NCBI GenBank assembly: GCA_010030205.1
Contig: RGQD01000001.1
Location: forward strand, 1-54,381
Source: Betaproteobacteria bacterium
GTDB lineage: Bacteria; Pseudomonadota; Gammaproteobacteria; Burkholderiales; Burkholderiaceae_C
DNA: 54,381 bases
Reading direction: 5' to 3'
In this document: positions 44,858 through 54,381 of the stretch, one piece after another
Numbering within the stretch: the stretch's first letter is position 1
How the letters are laid out: the number at the start of each line of letters is the position of its first letter
The notes under the pieces: model-generated
Seen by the model: only the letters and a program-made list of their open reading frames with translations
Databases searched by the model: none
What the model was told of the DNA's origin: nothing
Translations under genes and position numbers: made by a program

Positions 44858-46010
44858 TTTTCTTCTCCGCCATCAGCGTTGTGAAACGGTCAAACAAGTA
44901 GTTGATGTCATGCGGTCCGGGCGAAGCCTCGGGATGCCCCTGGAAGCAAAACGCCGGCCGGTCAGTGCGGGCCAAGCCCTGTAGCGTGCCATCGAACAAG
45001 CTGACATGGGTCGGGCGCAGATTGGCAGGCAGGGTTTTTTCGTCCACCGCAAAACCATGGTTCTGGCTGGTGATCGAGACCCGTCCGGAATCGAGATCCT
45101 TGACCGGGTGGTTGGCGCCGTGGTGGCCAAACTTCATCTTGAAGGTCTTGGCGCCTGAGGCCAGTGCCATGATCTGGTGGCCCAGGCAGATGCCGAAGGT
45201 GGGAATGCCGGTGTCGATCAAGCGGCGGGTGGCATCGATCGCATAGTCGCAGGGCTCGGGGTCCCCGGGGCCATTGCTCAGGAATACGCCGTCCGGCCGA
45301 TGCGTCAAGGCCTCGGCCGCTGTGGTGCGCGCCGGCACCACGGTCACGCGACAGCCGCGGCTGGCCAGCATGCGCAGGATGTTGCGCTTGACACCGAAGT
45401 CATATGCCAGCACATGGAACCTCGGCGCCCGCAATTGGCCATAGCCCTGTCCCAGCTGCCATTCCGTCTCGGTCCAGTCGTAGGGGGCGGCCGAAGACAC
45501 CACACAAGCCAAATCCTGGCCTGCCATGCTGGGCGCCGATCTGGCCCGCGCAACAGCGCGCTCGATGTCGGCTGGCGTCGCCACCAGCCCCGCTGCAAAC
45601 GTGACGATACAGCCGTTTTGGGCACCGGTACTTCGAAGCACCCGGGTCAGGCGGCGGGTGTCGATGTTGGCGATCGCCACCGTACCCTCGCGCTGCAAGT
45701 AGGTGTCGAGCGCCATGTTCGCGCGAAAATTGGACATGCGCAGAGGCAAGTCCTTGATGATCAAGCCGGAGGCATAGACCTTGGAGGCTTCGACGTCCTC
45801 GGCGTTGACGCCGTAGCTGCCGATGTGCGGATAAGTCAGCGTGACGATCTGCCGGCAGTAACTCGGATCGGTCAGAATTTCCTGGTATCCGGTGAGCGAT
45901 GTGTTGAACACAAGCTCGCCAACGGTGACCCCGTCGGCGCCAATGGAACGGCCTTGAAAGACCGTGCCATCTGCAAGGGCGAGGACAGCGGTGGGCAGGA
46001 CTGGCAGCAA
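44850..46010 (-). CDS. carA: Carbamoyl-phosphate synthase small subunit
   Basis: [37 protein letters not shown]; TTG start; TATAAT at 46138-46143. Confidence 0.97.
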
Positions 46011-46230
46011 GAGGAAGGCTCCGGAATTCGCGCGAGCCCGGCGTCTCTTAGGCCACAGTGTCGTGGGCAGGAAGCCCCGTTGGGGAAACTTCTTCGGAGT
46101 TTTGCCGAGGCTGCGGTGGTGGCAGGTAAACCCTCCGATTATAGCCTTCGGGTTTGCCCTTGGGTCTGGAGGCTCGCCCCTCGCATCCCAGGGTTCGGGC
46201 CTGCGCAGGCGCTAAAACGAAGGCACCGAT

Positions 46231-46635
46231 TCAGCCCAGAGCGGCGATGCCGGCTCGGGCGATCTGCGCATCTTCATTGGACTTGACGCCCGACACGCCG
46301 ACGGCGCCAACGCAATGGCCGTCGACCATCACCGGCACGCCACCTTCGAGCATGCCCTCGAGCGTGGGCGCGCTCAGGAATGAATAGCGTCCCTGGTTGA
46401 TGGCATCTTCGTAAACCTTGGACTCGCGACGCCCCAGCGCCGCCGTTCGGGCCTTGGCCGGAGCGATCAGCGACGAGATCGGCGCAGCACCGTCGCCGCG
46501 CTGCAGCCACAACAAGTGGCCGCCATCGTCGACGATGGCGATTGTCACCACCCAATGGTTCGCGGCGGCCTCGGCCTCCGCCGCCTGGGCCATGGCCCGC
46601 ACATCACCCAGGGTCAACACGGATTTGGTGTACAT
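46231..46635 (-). CDS. GlcG/HbpS heme-binding family protein
   Basis: IAIVDDGGHL, KARTA, EGGVPV, GAVGVSG, EDAQIA. Confidence 0.88.
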   Translation of the reverse strand: MYTKSVLTLGDVRAMAQAAEAEAAANHWVVTIAIVDDGGHLLWLQRGDGAAPISSLIAPAKARTAALGRRESKVYEDAINQGRYSFLSAPTLEGMLEGGVPVMVDGHCVGAVGVSGVKSNEDAQIARAGIAALG

Positions 46636-46779
46636 AGAGATATCCGGAATAATAGAGTTGCGAAGTGTGCCTCAGGTTGGCAACGCGATTGCCAGCGCAT
46701 CGCGCAGTGCAGACCCACGGAACTTACAATGGATTTTGCGGGTCCGACCGCTTCAACGACATACCAACTTGGAGTTCAC

Positions 46780-47478
46780 ATGAACGAACAACGCATGCAA
46801 ACCTTGTCCGGCTTCGGCGGTTCAGGTTCTTTGGTCGCAGACCGAAACCGCGTGCTGCGCAACACCTATTGGTTGCTCGCGCTGTCGATGGTGCCCACGG
46901 TGCTGGGCGCTTGGGTGGGCGTGGCCACAGGCATCACGGCAGCGATGGGGAACGGTCTGAGCACGATCCTCTTCCTGGCCGGCGCTTTCGGCTTCATGTA
47001 TGCGATCGAAAAGACCAAGGAGACCTCCACCGGCGTCTACGTGCTGCTCGGCTTCACCTTCTTCATGGGGCTGATGCTTGCGCGACTGCTGGCGATGATC
47101 CTGGGTTTCAAAAATGGCTCGTCCCTGATCATGACGGCTTTTGGCGGCACTGCGGTGGTGTTCTTCGGCATGGCCACGCTCGCCACCGTGATCAAGCGCG
47201 ACCTGTCGGGCATGGGCAAGTTCCTGTTCATCGGCGCGCTGATCCTGCTGGTGGCCGGCATCGTCAACATCTTCATGCAATCGAGCGCGCTGATGATGAC
47301 GCTGTCGGTGCTGGCGATCGTGATCTTCTCGGGCTTCATGCTGTTCGACATCAAGCGCGTGATTGACGGCGGTGAAACCAACTACATCAGCGCCACGCTG
47401 GCGATCTACCTCGACATCTACAACGTGTTCCAGAGCCTGTTGATGATCCTGGGCATCGTTGGCGGCGAGAAAGACTGA
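46780..47478 (+). CDS. yccA: Bax inhibitor-1/YccA family membrane protein
   Basis: RNRVLRNTYWLLALS, GGETNYISATLAIYLDIYNVF; 7 TM helices; GGAG RBS. Confidence 0.92.
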   Translation: MNEQRMQTLSGFGGSGSLVADRNRVLRNTYWLLALSMVPTVLGAWVGVATGITAAMGNGLSTILFLAGAFGFMYAIEKTKETSTGVYVLLGFTFFMGLMLARLLAMILGFKNGSSLIMTAFGGTAVVFFGMATLATVIKRDLSGMGKFLFIGALILLVAGIVNIFMQSSALMMTLSVLAIVIFSGFMLFDIKRVIDGGETNYISATLAIYLDIYNVFQSLLMILGIVGGEKD

Positions 47479-47566
47479 CAGCAGCCCGGCACCGTGACTT
47501 GCGGCGCTCGGTTCCGCTGAGCTAGGCGACCCGCAACCCGGTCGCCCAGTGACAGTGAAATTTTTC

Positions 47567-47592
47567 ACAGGGGCTCTTCGGAGCCCCTGTTT
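47567..47592 (+). terminator. Terminator hairpin after yccA
   Basis: ACAGGGGCTC-TTCG-GAGCCCCTGT-TT. Confidence 0.7.
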
Positions 47593-47655
47593 CATGGCCG
47601 ATGCGCGCCTCTTGCACGATGCAAGACTGCTTACCGCCCCCAGGAATGACTCAAG

Positions 47656-48909
47656 ATGCACAGCACAGACTGGAACCAGCCGCTGTCGTCTCTGGCTGAT
47701 AGTTGCGATGTGCTGGTGGTCGGCGCCGGCCCGGCAGGCAGTGCCTGCGCCAAGCTACTGGCGCAGGCTGGCCGACAGGTCGTGATGGTGGAGGCCCAGC
47801 GCTTCCCACGCGACAAGGTTTGCGGCGACGGCCTGGTGCCAGACGCCCACGACGCACTGCGCCGCCTGGGCGTGCACGCTGAGGTCATGGGACTGGCACG
47901 ACCTGTCGCTGCGGCGCGCTGCGTGGCGCCGAGCGGCAGCTTTGTCGATGTCGAAGGAGAACTCGCCGTGCTGCCGCGCCGCGTCCTCGACGCCTTGTTG
48001 TGCCGCGCGGCGCTGCAGGCCGGCGCGACGATGGCCGCCCCAGTCCGATTCGTCGCACCGCTGATGGATGCGGACGGGCGAGTGCGCGGGGCCACGCTGA
48101 CCGACGGCCTGCTGACGCGCGAGATCAGTGCGGCCTGGGTGGTGCTGGCCACCGGCGCGCTGCCGAGCGCGATGCTGGCAGCCGACCTGTGTCAAAGGCG
48201 CAGTCCCAGCGGCATGGCACTGCGCACCCATGTCCATCACGCCGGAATGACCACCGAACTGGCCGAGATGCGTTTCGTCTGGCATCGCCAGCTTGCCGGT
48301 GGTTATGGCTGGATATTCCCGGGGCCGGACGGGGTCTTCAACATAGGCGTCGGCAAACTCGACGGCCGGGAGCAGCCGCCGAGATTCTTGCCTTGGCGTC
48401 GCCAAGGACCCAATCTGCGCGAGATGTTTGACGCCTTCCTGCGCATAGACCCGTTGGCGGCCAGGCTGATGCGCGAGGGGGAACAGTTGGGCGCCCTCAA
48501 AGGCGCGCCGCTGCGCTGCGACTTGACCGGCGCCGACTGGTCGCGGCCTGGCCTACTGGTCACCGGCGAGGCCGCTGGAGCGACCTACTCATTCACCGGC
48601 GAAGGCATAGGCAAAGCGATGGAAACCGGGATGGCCGCAGCCGACGCCTTGCTGGCCCACGCCGGGGACATCGACACCCAAGCTGTGCAGCAAGACTACC
48701 GCGCCAGCTTGCAAGCCCTGTTGCCGCGCTTCAAGACCTACCGCCAGGCGGGCAGCTTCAATCGCCTGCCCTGGTTGGTCAGCCTGGTCATTTGGCGCGC
48801 GCGACACAGCCCTCGCCTCAACGCAAAGCTCAGCGAGGTGCTCAGCGAAAAACGCTTGCCCGGCAGCTTGCTGACGCTGCGCGGCCTGCGCAGCATGCTG
48901 CAGCGCTGA
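47656..48909 (+). CDS. Geranylgeranyl reductase/MenJ-like flavoprotein
   Basis: VGAGPAGS, FPRDKVCGDGL, GYGWIFP, NIGVG, GEAAG...FTGEGIGKAMETG. Confidence 0.82.
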   Translation: MHSTDWNQPLSSLADSCDVLVVGAGPAGSACAKLLAQAGRQVVMVEAQRFPRDKVCGDGLVPDAHDALRRLGVHAEVMGLARPVAAARCVAPSGSFVDVEGELAVLPRRVLDALLCRAALQAGATMAAPVRFVAPLMDADGRVRGATLTDGLLTREISAAWVVLATGALPSAMLAADLCQRRSPSGMALRTHVHHAGMTTELAEMRFVWHRQLAGGYGWIFPGPDGVFNIGVGKLDGREQPPRFLPWRRQGPNLREMFDAFLRIDPLAARLMREGEQLGALKGAPLRCDLTGADWSRPGLLVTGEAAGATYSFTGEGIGKAMETGMAAADALLAHAGDIDTQAVQQDYRASLQALLPRFKTYRQAGSFNRLPWLVSLVIWRARHSPRLNAKLSEVLSEKRLPGSLLTLRGLRSMLQR

Positions 48910-48922
48910 GCCGAACCGGGAC

Positions 48923-50284
48923 TCACCCGAGTTCAAACACCGCCATGCTCTCCACATGGGCTGTATGGGGAAACATATTGACCGCCCCGGCGGCCACACA
49001 CCGGTAGCCGGCTTGGTGCACCAGCAGTCCGGCATCGCGCGCCAGCGTTGCCGGATTGCAGCTGACATAAACGATACGGGCGGGTGCTAGCCAGGTCTCG
49101 CGCGGCGCCGCCTGCAGCTCAGTCAGTGCCTTGACCAGGGCAAAAGCGCCTTCGCGCGGAGGGTCGATCAGCCATTTGTCGGCAACCCCGAAACCAACCA
49201 AGTCGTCAGCGCTCAACTCGAACAGGTTACGTGCCTCAAAGCTCGCGCGCCCGGACAAGCTGTTGCGCTGAGCGTTCTCGCGTGAGCGCTGCACCAAGGT
49301 CTCGCTGCCCTCGACCCCGAGCACCGCGCGCGCCTGGGTGGCAATAGGCAGCGTGAAATTACCCAAACCGCAGAACCAGTCGATCACCCGCTCCTGCGGC
49401 GAGATCGCCAGCATCCGCAGCGCCCGCCCGACCAGGACGGTGTTGATCGCATGGTTGACCTGCGTGAAATCGGTCGGATTGAAGGGCATCGTGATGCCGA
49501 ACTCAGGCAGCGAATAGGCCAGTTCCGGTCCGCCAGCATCGAGCAGTTTTACCGTGTCAGGGCCTTTGGGCTGCAACCACCACTGCACGCGATGCTCGGC
49601 GGCGAACACGCGCAAACGATCCTGGTCGGCCAAGGTCAAGGGCTCGAGATGGCGCAGCACCAGCGCGATCACCGGGCCCTCGATCCGCTCGCCCATCGCC
49701 AGTTCGATCTGTGGCAAGCGGTCGCGCTGGTCCATGCTGCCGATGAGTGCGCGCAGCGGCATCAGCATCGCACTGACCTGCGCCGGCAACACCGGGCAGA
49801 CCTGCATGTCGGCCACATAGCGGCTCTTGCGCTCATGAAACCCGACCAGTACCGTGCCCTTCTTCGCCACATGCCGCACCGACAAGCGGGCCCGGTAGCG
49901 GTATCCCCAGGTCGGGCCTTCGATCGGCCGAAGCATGCGCTCGGCCTTGACCTTGCCCAGATGCTGCAGGTTGTCCTCGAGCACACGTTGCTTGACCGCA
50001 ACCTGCGCGCTGGCGTCGAGGTGCTGCATCTTGCAACCGCCACAGGCGCCGGGATGCAAACCAAAGTGAGGGCAGCCAGGCCGAACCCGAAGCGCGCTCT
50101 CGCGCCGCATGGCCGTCATCGTGCCTTGCTCCCAGGCGGCCTTGCTGCGGCCGACTTGCACCTGTACCTGCTCACCGGGCAGTGCGCCCTCGACAAACAC
50201 CACCTTGCCCTCGGCGTTGTGCGCCACGCCCTGGGCTTCGAGGTCTATCGACTCGACCTTCAACCATTCATCGCTTGCTGTCAT
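48923..50284 (-). CDS. rlmD: 23S rRNA m5U1939 methyltransferase
   Basis: CPHF...[50 protein letters not shown]. Confidence 0.96.
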   Translation of the reverse strand: MTASDEWLKVESIDLEAQGVAHNAEGKVVFVEGALPGEQVQVQVGRSKAAWEQGTMTAMRRESALRVRPGCPHFGLHPGACGGCKMQHLDASAQVAVKQRVLEDNLQHLGKVKAERMLRPIEGPTWGYRYRARLSVRHVAKKGTVLVGFHERKSRYVADMQVCPVLPAQVSAMLMPLRALIGSMDQRDRLPQIELAMGERIEGPVIALVLRHLEPLTLADQDRLRVFAAEHRVQWWLQPKGPDTVKLLDAGGPELAYSLPEFGITMPFNPTDFTQVNHAINTVLVGRALRMLAISPQERVIDWFCGLGNFTLPIATQARAVLGVEGSETLVQRSRENAQRNSLSGRASFEARNLFELSADDLVGFGVADKWLIDPPREGAFALVKALTELQAAPRETWLAPARIVYVSCNPATLARDAGLLVHQAGYRCVAAGAVNMFPHTAHVESMAVFELG

Positions 50285-50363
50285 GGCGGCGATTATCCAG
50301 GCACAAAATACCACCCGAAGGCAGGCTTGACGCTAGGCTGGATGTCGCTGCCCGCCGAATGTT

Positions 50364-53300
50364 TCAAGCCGCCTGACGCAACACAATCACGCGCCGCTGC
50401 AAGGCCTCAAGCAGTTCATTCTCTCGCGCGCGGGTTGGTTCAAGTGTCTTGGCACGAACATGGCCGTAGCCGCGGATCTGCTCCGGCAAGCAAGCCAGAG
50501 CGACAGCGTCATCGTGGTGCCCGCTGTCCCGCGTGCGCTCGAGCACTGCCAGCGCGGTCGCGATGTTCTCCTCGTAGCGGGTGATCAACGCGCGCTCGCT
50601 GCGCCGCTCGGCGCTGTAACCGAACACATCCCAGGCCGTACCGCGCAAGCCGCGCAGCCTGGCCAGCAGGCGGAAGACCGGGACGATCCAGGGGCCGAAT
50701 TCGCGCTTTTTCAACTCACCAGTGGCCGGGTCTCGGGCCGACAACCCGGGCGGTGCGAGGTTGAAGACCAGCTTGTATTCACCCTCGAATTGCTGCGCAA
50801 CGCTGGCCAGGAAGCCGCTGTGCACATGCAAGCGCGCGACCTCGTATTCGTCCTTGATGGCCAGCAGCTTGAAGTAGTACTTGGCCACCGCCTCGGCAAG
50901 CGCGCTGCGGCCGGCAAACGCCTGCTGCTCGACCGCCCGCACCCGCACCACCAGATCGAGGTAGCGCTGCGCATAGGCGCTGTCCTGGTAATCGGTGAGG
51001 AACTGGCTGCGCAGCGCGATCGTCTCGTCCAGGGTCTTGACAGGCGTGGGCGAGACGCCAGCACCCGTGGCCGCCCGCTTGGAAGCCAGCAGGCGCTCGA
51101 CCGCCTTGGGATCGACGGCGGTGCGCCGTCCCCACACGAAAGCGTCCTGGTTCATCTGCTGGGCCGTGCCATTGAGCACGATGGCGGCCTCGATGGCCGT
51201 GGCCGAAATCGGAATCAAGCCGCGCTGGTAGGCGAATCCGAGCATGAACATATTGGCCGCGATGCTGTCGCCCACCAGCGCGGTAGCGATTCGACCGGCA
51301 TCGACGAACTCGGCGCAGTCCGCGCCCACGGCGTCGACCACATTGCCGCGCAGACCGTCGCTGGGGAACTGCATGTCGGCAGCGCGCGCGAACTCGCCCG
51401 GCATCTTCTCCTGCACATTGACCAGCATCCGGGTGCTGCCATGCCGGGTGGCAGCCAAGGTCTTGGAGTTGCCGGCCACGATCATGTCGCAGCCCAGCAC
51501 CAAGTCGGCGCCGCCAGCCGCGATGCGTATCGTCTTGATCGCTTCGGGCGACGGCCCGAAGCGCAGGTGGCTCCAGACTGACCCGCCTTTTTGTGCCAGC
51601 CCGGCCATGTCGAGCAGGCCGCAGCCCAGACCCTCCAAATGCGCCGCCATGCCCAGGATCGCACCTATCGTGACGACACCGGTGCCGCCCATGCCCGCCA
51701 CCATGATGCTGTAGACGCGCTGGTCGACCGCAGGTCGCACCGGCTCGGGCAGCGCGGTGAACAGCGTGTTGTCGGTCACCCGGGCCGGCTTGCGCAACTG
51801 TCCGCCAAGCACGGTCACGAAGCTGGGGCAAAAGCCCTTGACGCAGGAGTAGTCCTTGTTGCACGACGACTGGTCGATGATGCGCTTGCGGCCAAATTCG
51901 GTTTCGAGCGGTTGGACCGAGACGCAGTTGGACTTAACGCCGCAGTCTCCGCAACCCTCGCAGACCAGGTCGTTGATCAAGATGCGCTTGGCCGGGTCAG
52001 GGAAGGTGCCGCGCTTGCGGCGGCGGCGCTTCTCGGCGGCGCAGGTCTGGTCGTAGATCAAGGCGCTGGTGCCCTCGACCTCGCGCAACTCGCGCTGCAC
52101 CCCGTCGATCTGATCGCGGTGGTGGATCGTCACCCCGGCCGGCCAGACCGTGCTGGCTGGGTATTTTTCAGGCTCGTCGGTGACCACGACGATCCGCGTC
52201 ACGCCTTCGGCGCGCACCTGGTGCGCGATCGTCGGCACATCGAGGTGGCCGTCGTGGCGCTGCCCACCCGTCATCGCCACCGCGTCGTTGAAAAGGATCT
52301 TGTAGGTGATGTTGGTCTTGGCCGCAATCGCGGCGCGGATTGCCAGCAATCCCGAATGGAAGTAAGTGCCATCGCCGATGTTCTGGAACATGTGTTGGCG
52401 GCGAGAGAACGGCGCCTCGCCGACCCAAGACATGCCCTCGGCCCCCATCTGTGTGTAGCCGGTGGTGGACCGGTCCATCGCCTGCGCCATCCAACTGCAG
52501 CCGATGCCGGCATAGCCCTTGCTGCCCTCGGGCAGCACGGTCGACGAGCTGTGTGGGCAACCACTGCAAAAGTAGAAGCTGCGGCTCAGGATATCGATCA
52601 CGCCCTTCGGCGCGCGGTAGGCCCGCAGCGCTTCGACCCGCTGGCGCAGTGCTGCGTTGTCGTTCAAAGCCAGCAGGCGCTCGCCGATCGCGATCGCCAC
52701 CTGGTTTGAATCGAGCGCCATCTCGGACTGAAACAGCGTCTGACCCTCTTCGTCGAACTTGCCGACGATGGCTGGCATGTCACGCCGGCCGTAGAGTTGC
52801 TCCTTGAGCTGCGACTCGATCAGGCTGCGCTTTTCTTCCACCACCAAGATCTTGTCCAGACCGGCGGCGAATTCGGCGGCACCCTGCGGCTCCAGCGGCC
52901 AAGTCATGCCGACCTTGTACAAGCGCAAGCCCAGCCCGGCGGCGGACTGCTCCGAAAGATGCAGGTCATCAAGCGCCTGCAGCACATCGAGGTAGCTCTT
53001 GCCGTGGCTGATGACACCCAGCTTGGCCGACGGTCCGTCGATGATGGTGCGGTCGATCCGGTTGCTGCGCGCAAAAGCCCGCACCGCGCCCAGCTTGTAG
53101 CGGTGCAGCCTGGCCTCCTGCGCATGCGGGGTATCGGGCTGGCGGATGTTGACGCCGTCGGCCGGCCACGCCACGCCTTCGGGCACGGTGATCTGAATCC
53201 GATCGATGTTGACATCGATCGAGGCCGTGGCCTCAACCGTGTCCTTGACGCATTTCATGCCGACCCAGCAGCCGCTGTAACGCGACAGCGCCCAGCCCAG

Positions 53301-53852
53301 CACACCGTAGTCCAGGATCTCCTGCACGCCGGCAGGGCTGAGCACAGGAATCATCGCGTCGACCATTGCGAATTCGCTCTGGTGACAGGTGGTCGACGAC
53401 TCACAGGTGTGGTCGTCGCCCATCAGCACCAGCACGCCGCCCAGCGGCGACGATCCGGCCAGGTTGCCGTGGCGGAAGGCGTCGCCGGTACGGTCGACGC
53501 CCGGACCCTTGCCGTACCACAGCGCGAACACCCCGTCGTACTTGCCCTCACCGCCGATCTCGGCTTGTTGCGAGCCCCAGACTGCGGTGGCTGCCAGGTC
53601 TTCATTGACCCCGGGCACGAAAACGATGTTGTGCGCGTCGAGGTGCTTCTTGGCCTTGCCAAGCTGGTCGTCCAGGCCACCCAGCGGTGAGCCGCGGTAG
53701 CCGCTGATGTAGCCCGCGGTGTTCTTGCCCAGCCTGGCATCGCGCTGTTGCTGGGTCATCGGCAGCCGGACCAGCGCCTGCGTACCGGTGATGAAAATGC
53801 GCCCTTGGGTCAGCGTGTATTTGTCGGCCAGCGTGACAGTCTTCAAAGTCAT
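50364..53852 (-). CDS. Fused indolepyruvate/2-oxoacid:ferredoxin oxidoreductase (IorAB family)
   Basis: SGYRGSPLGG, NEDLAATA, FCSGCPH, TPP motif GDGTYFHSG, ferredoxin CEGCGDC, GGTGVVTIG, KDEYEVARL, IRGYGHV; 1162 aa. Confidence 0.92.
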   Translation of the reverse strand: MTLKTVTLADKYTLTQGRIFITGTQALVRLPMTQQQRDARLGKNTAGYISGYRGSPLGGLDDQLGKAKKHLDAHNIVFVPGVNEDLAATAVWGSQQAEIGGEGKYDGVFALWYGKGPGVDRTGDAFRHGNLAGSSPLGGVLVLMGDDHTCESSTTCHQSEFAMVDAMIPVLSPAGVQEILDYGVLGWALSRYSGCWVGMKCVKDTVEATASIDVNIDRIQITVPEGVAWPADGVNIRQPDTPHAQEARLHRYKLGAVRAFARSNRIDRTIIDGPSAKLGVISHGKSYLDVLQALDDLHLSEQSAAGLGLRLYKVGMTWPLEPQGAAEFAAGLDKILVVEEKRSLIESQLKEQLYGRRDMPAIVGKFDEEGQTLFQSEMALDSNQVAIAIGERLLALNDNAALRQRVEALRAYRAPKGVIDILSRSFYFCSGCPHSSSTVLPEGSKGYAGIGCSWMAQAMDRSTTGYTQMGAEGMSWVGEAPFSRRQHMFQNIGDGTYFHSGLLAIRAAIAAKTNITYKILFNDAVAMTGGQRHDGHLDVPTIAHQVRAEGVTRIVVVTDEPEKYPASTVWPAGVTIHHRDQIDGVQRELREVEGTSALIYDQTCAAEKRRRRKRGTFPDPAKRILINDLVCEGCGDCGVKSNCVSVQPLETEFGRKRIIDQSSCNKDYSCVKGFCPSFVTVLGGQLRKPARVTDNTLFTALPEPVRPAVDQRVYSIMVAGMGGTGVVTIGAILGMAAHLEGLGCGLLDMAGLAQKGGSVWSHLRFGPSPEAIKTIRIAAGGADLVLGCDMIVAGNSKTLAATRHGSTRMLVNVQEKMPGEFARAADMQFPSDGLRGNVVDAVGADCAEFVDAGRIATALVGDSIAANMFMLGFAYQRGLIPISATAIEAAIVLNGTAQQMNQDAFVWGRRTAVDPKAVERLLASKRAATGAGVSPTPVKTLDETIALRSQFLTDYQDSAYAQRYLDLVVRVRAVEQQAFAGRSALAEAVAKYYFKLLAIKDEYEVARLHVHSGFLASVAQQFEGEYKLVFNLAPPGLSARDPATGELKKREFGPWIVPVFRLLARLRGLRGTAWDVFGYSAERRSERALITRYEENIATALAVLERTRDSGHHDDAVALACLPEQIRGYGHVRAKTLEPTRARENELLEALQRRVIVLRQAA

Positions 53853-54066
53853 GGCGTTCTCGATCCTGCGGAATAAGCGGATGATGGCGGCGCGTTGCCG
53901 GGTTCAGGGTGGAACCGCAGGCTGCGTCCGTGGACGGAAATACAAGGCCTGAAATGCGCAGGCTTTGAATAGTGTCACCCGTTCAGGCGCTTTGGCCGTC
54001 GCGTCGGCGACGGCTGCCCGCCAGGCCTAGCTCGGCGTGGGTTGACCGCGGTACAGGTGCCTAAGC

Positions 54067-54381
54067 TCAGCGCGCCGGTAGCAGCCGCGCCGGATCGATG
54101 GGCTTGCCCTGGCGCCGGATCTCGAAATGCAGTTGCACCCGTTCGGCGTCGCTGGAACCCATCTCGGCGATCTTCTGGCCTCGCCGCACCGCCTGGTCTT
54201 CCTTGACCAGCAGCGATTGGTTGTGAGCATAGGCCGTCAGGTAGGTGGTGTTGTGCTTGACGATCACCAAGTTGCCATAGCCCCGCAAGCCCGACCCGGC
54301 ATAGACCACGCGACCGTCCGCCGCTGCCAGCACCGGGTCGCCGGCCTTGCCCGCGATCGCCAAGCCCTTGTGTTTGCCCTC
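54067..54381 (-). CDS. nlpD: M23-family lipoprotein NlpD, C-terminal part (truncated by the window edge)
   Basis: GRVVYAGSGLRGYGNLVIVKHN..YLTAYAHN..LHFEIRRQGKPIDP. Confidence 0.88.
   Translation of the reverse strand, partial: EGKHKGLAIAGKAGDPVLAAADGRVVYAGSGLRGYGNLVIVKHNTTYLTAYAHNQSLLVKEDQAVRRGQKIAEMGSSDAERVQLHFEIRRQGKPIDPARLLPAR

Overview
GC-rich core-chromosome window from a Burkholderiales bacterium (Rubrivivax/Ideonella/Aquabacterium-like, judged from gene order and protein style). Contents in order: a broken btuC-like permease, btuB with a cobalamin riboswitch, zapB-like/zapA/6S RNA/EVE/TauE, an oxalyl-CoA ligase-like + PanE-like pair, a degenerate PAS-GGDEF protein, ybiB, an HI0933 flavoprotein, rpsU-yqeY, a Liv-type ABC operon ending in a half-size MetE-like gene, sapC, a CorC/HlyC gene, apaH, tRNA-Ser(TGA), a pseudokinase-HDOD gene, trxA-rho-rpmE2, an ArnT-like gene, pstSCAB-phoU-phoBR, rlmE-ftsH-folP-glmM, yhbY, carAB-greA, glcG-like, yccA, a geranylgeranyl-reductase-like gene, rlmD, fused IorAB and a partial nlpD. 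I saw no CRISPR array, transposase, integrase or phage gene. The most unusual signal is a set of three related 65-80 bp multi-hairpin elements, each abutting a TGA stop codon; one is flanked by ATGA on both sides and forms a 27-aa mini-ORF that keeps two genes translationally coupled. Also notable: an inversion junction inside btuC, an N-terminally deleted zapA, the folate-domain-less MetE-like enzyme behind an ABC importer, and several candidate cis-regulatory RNAs. All protein calls come from motif recognition, not database searches.
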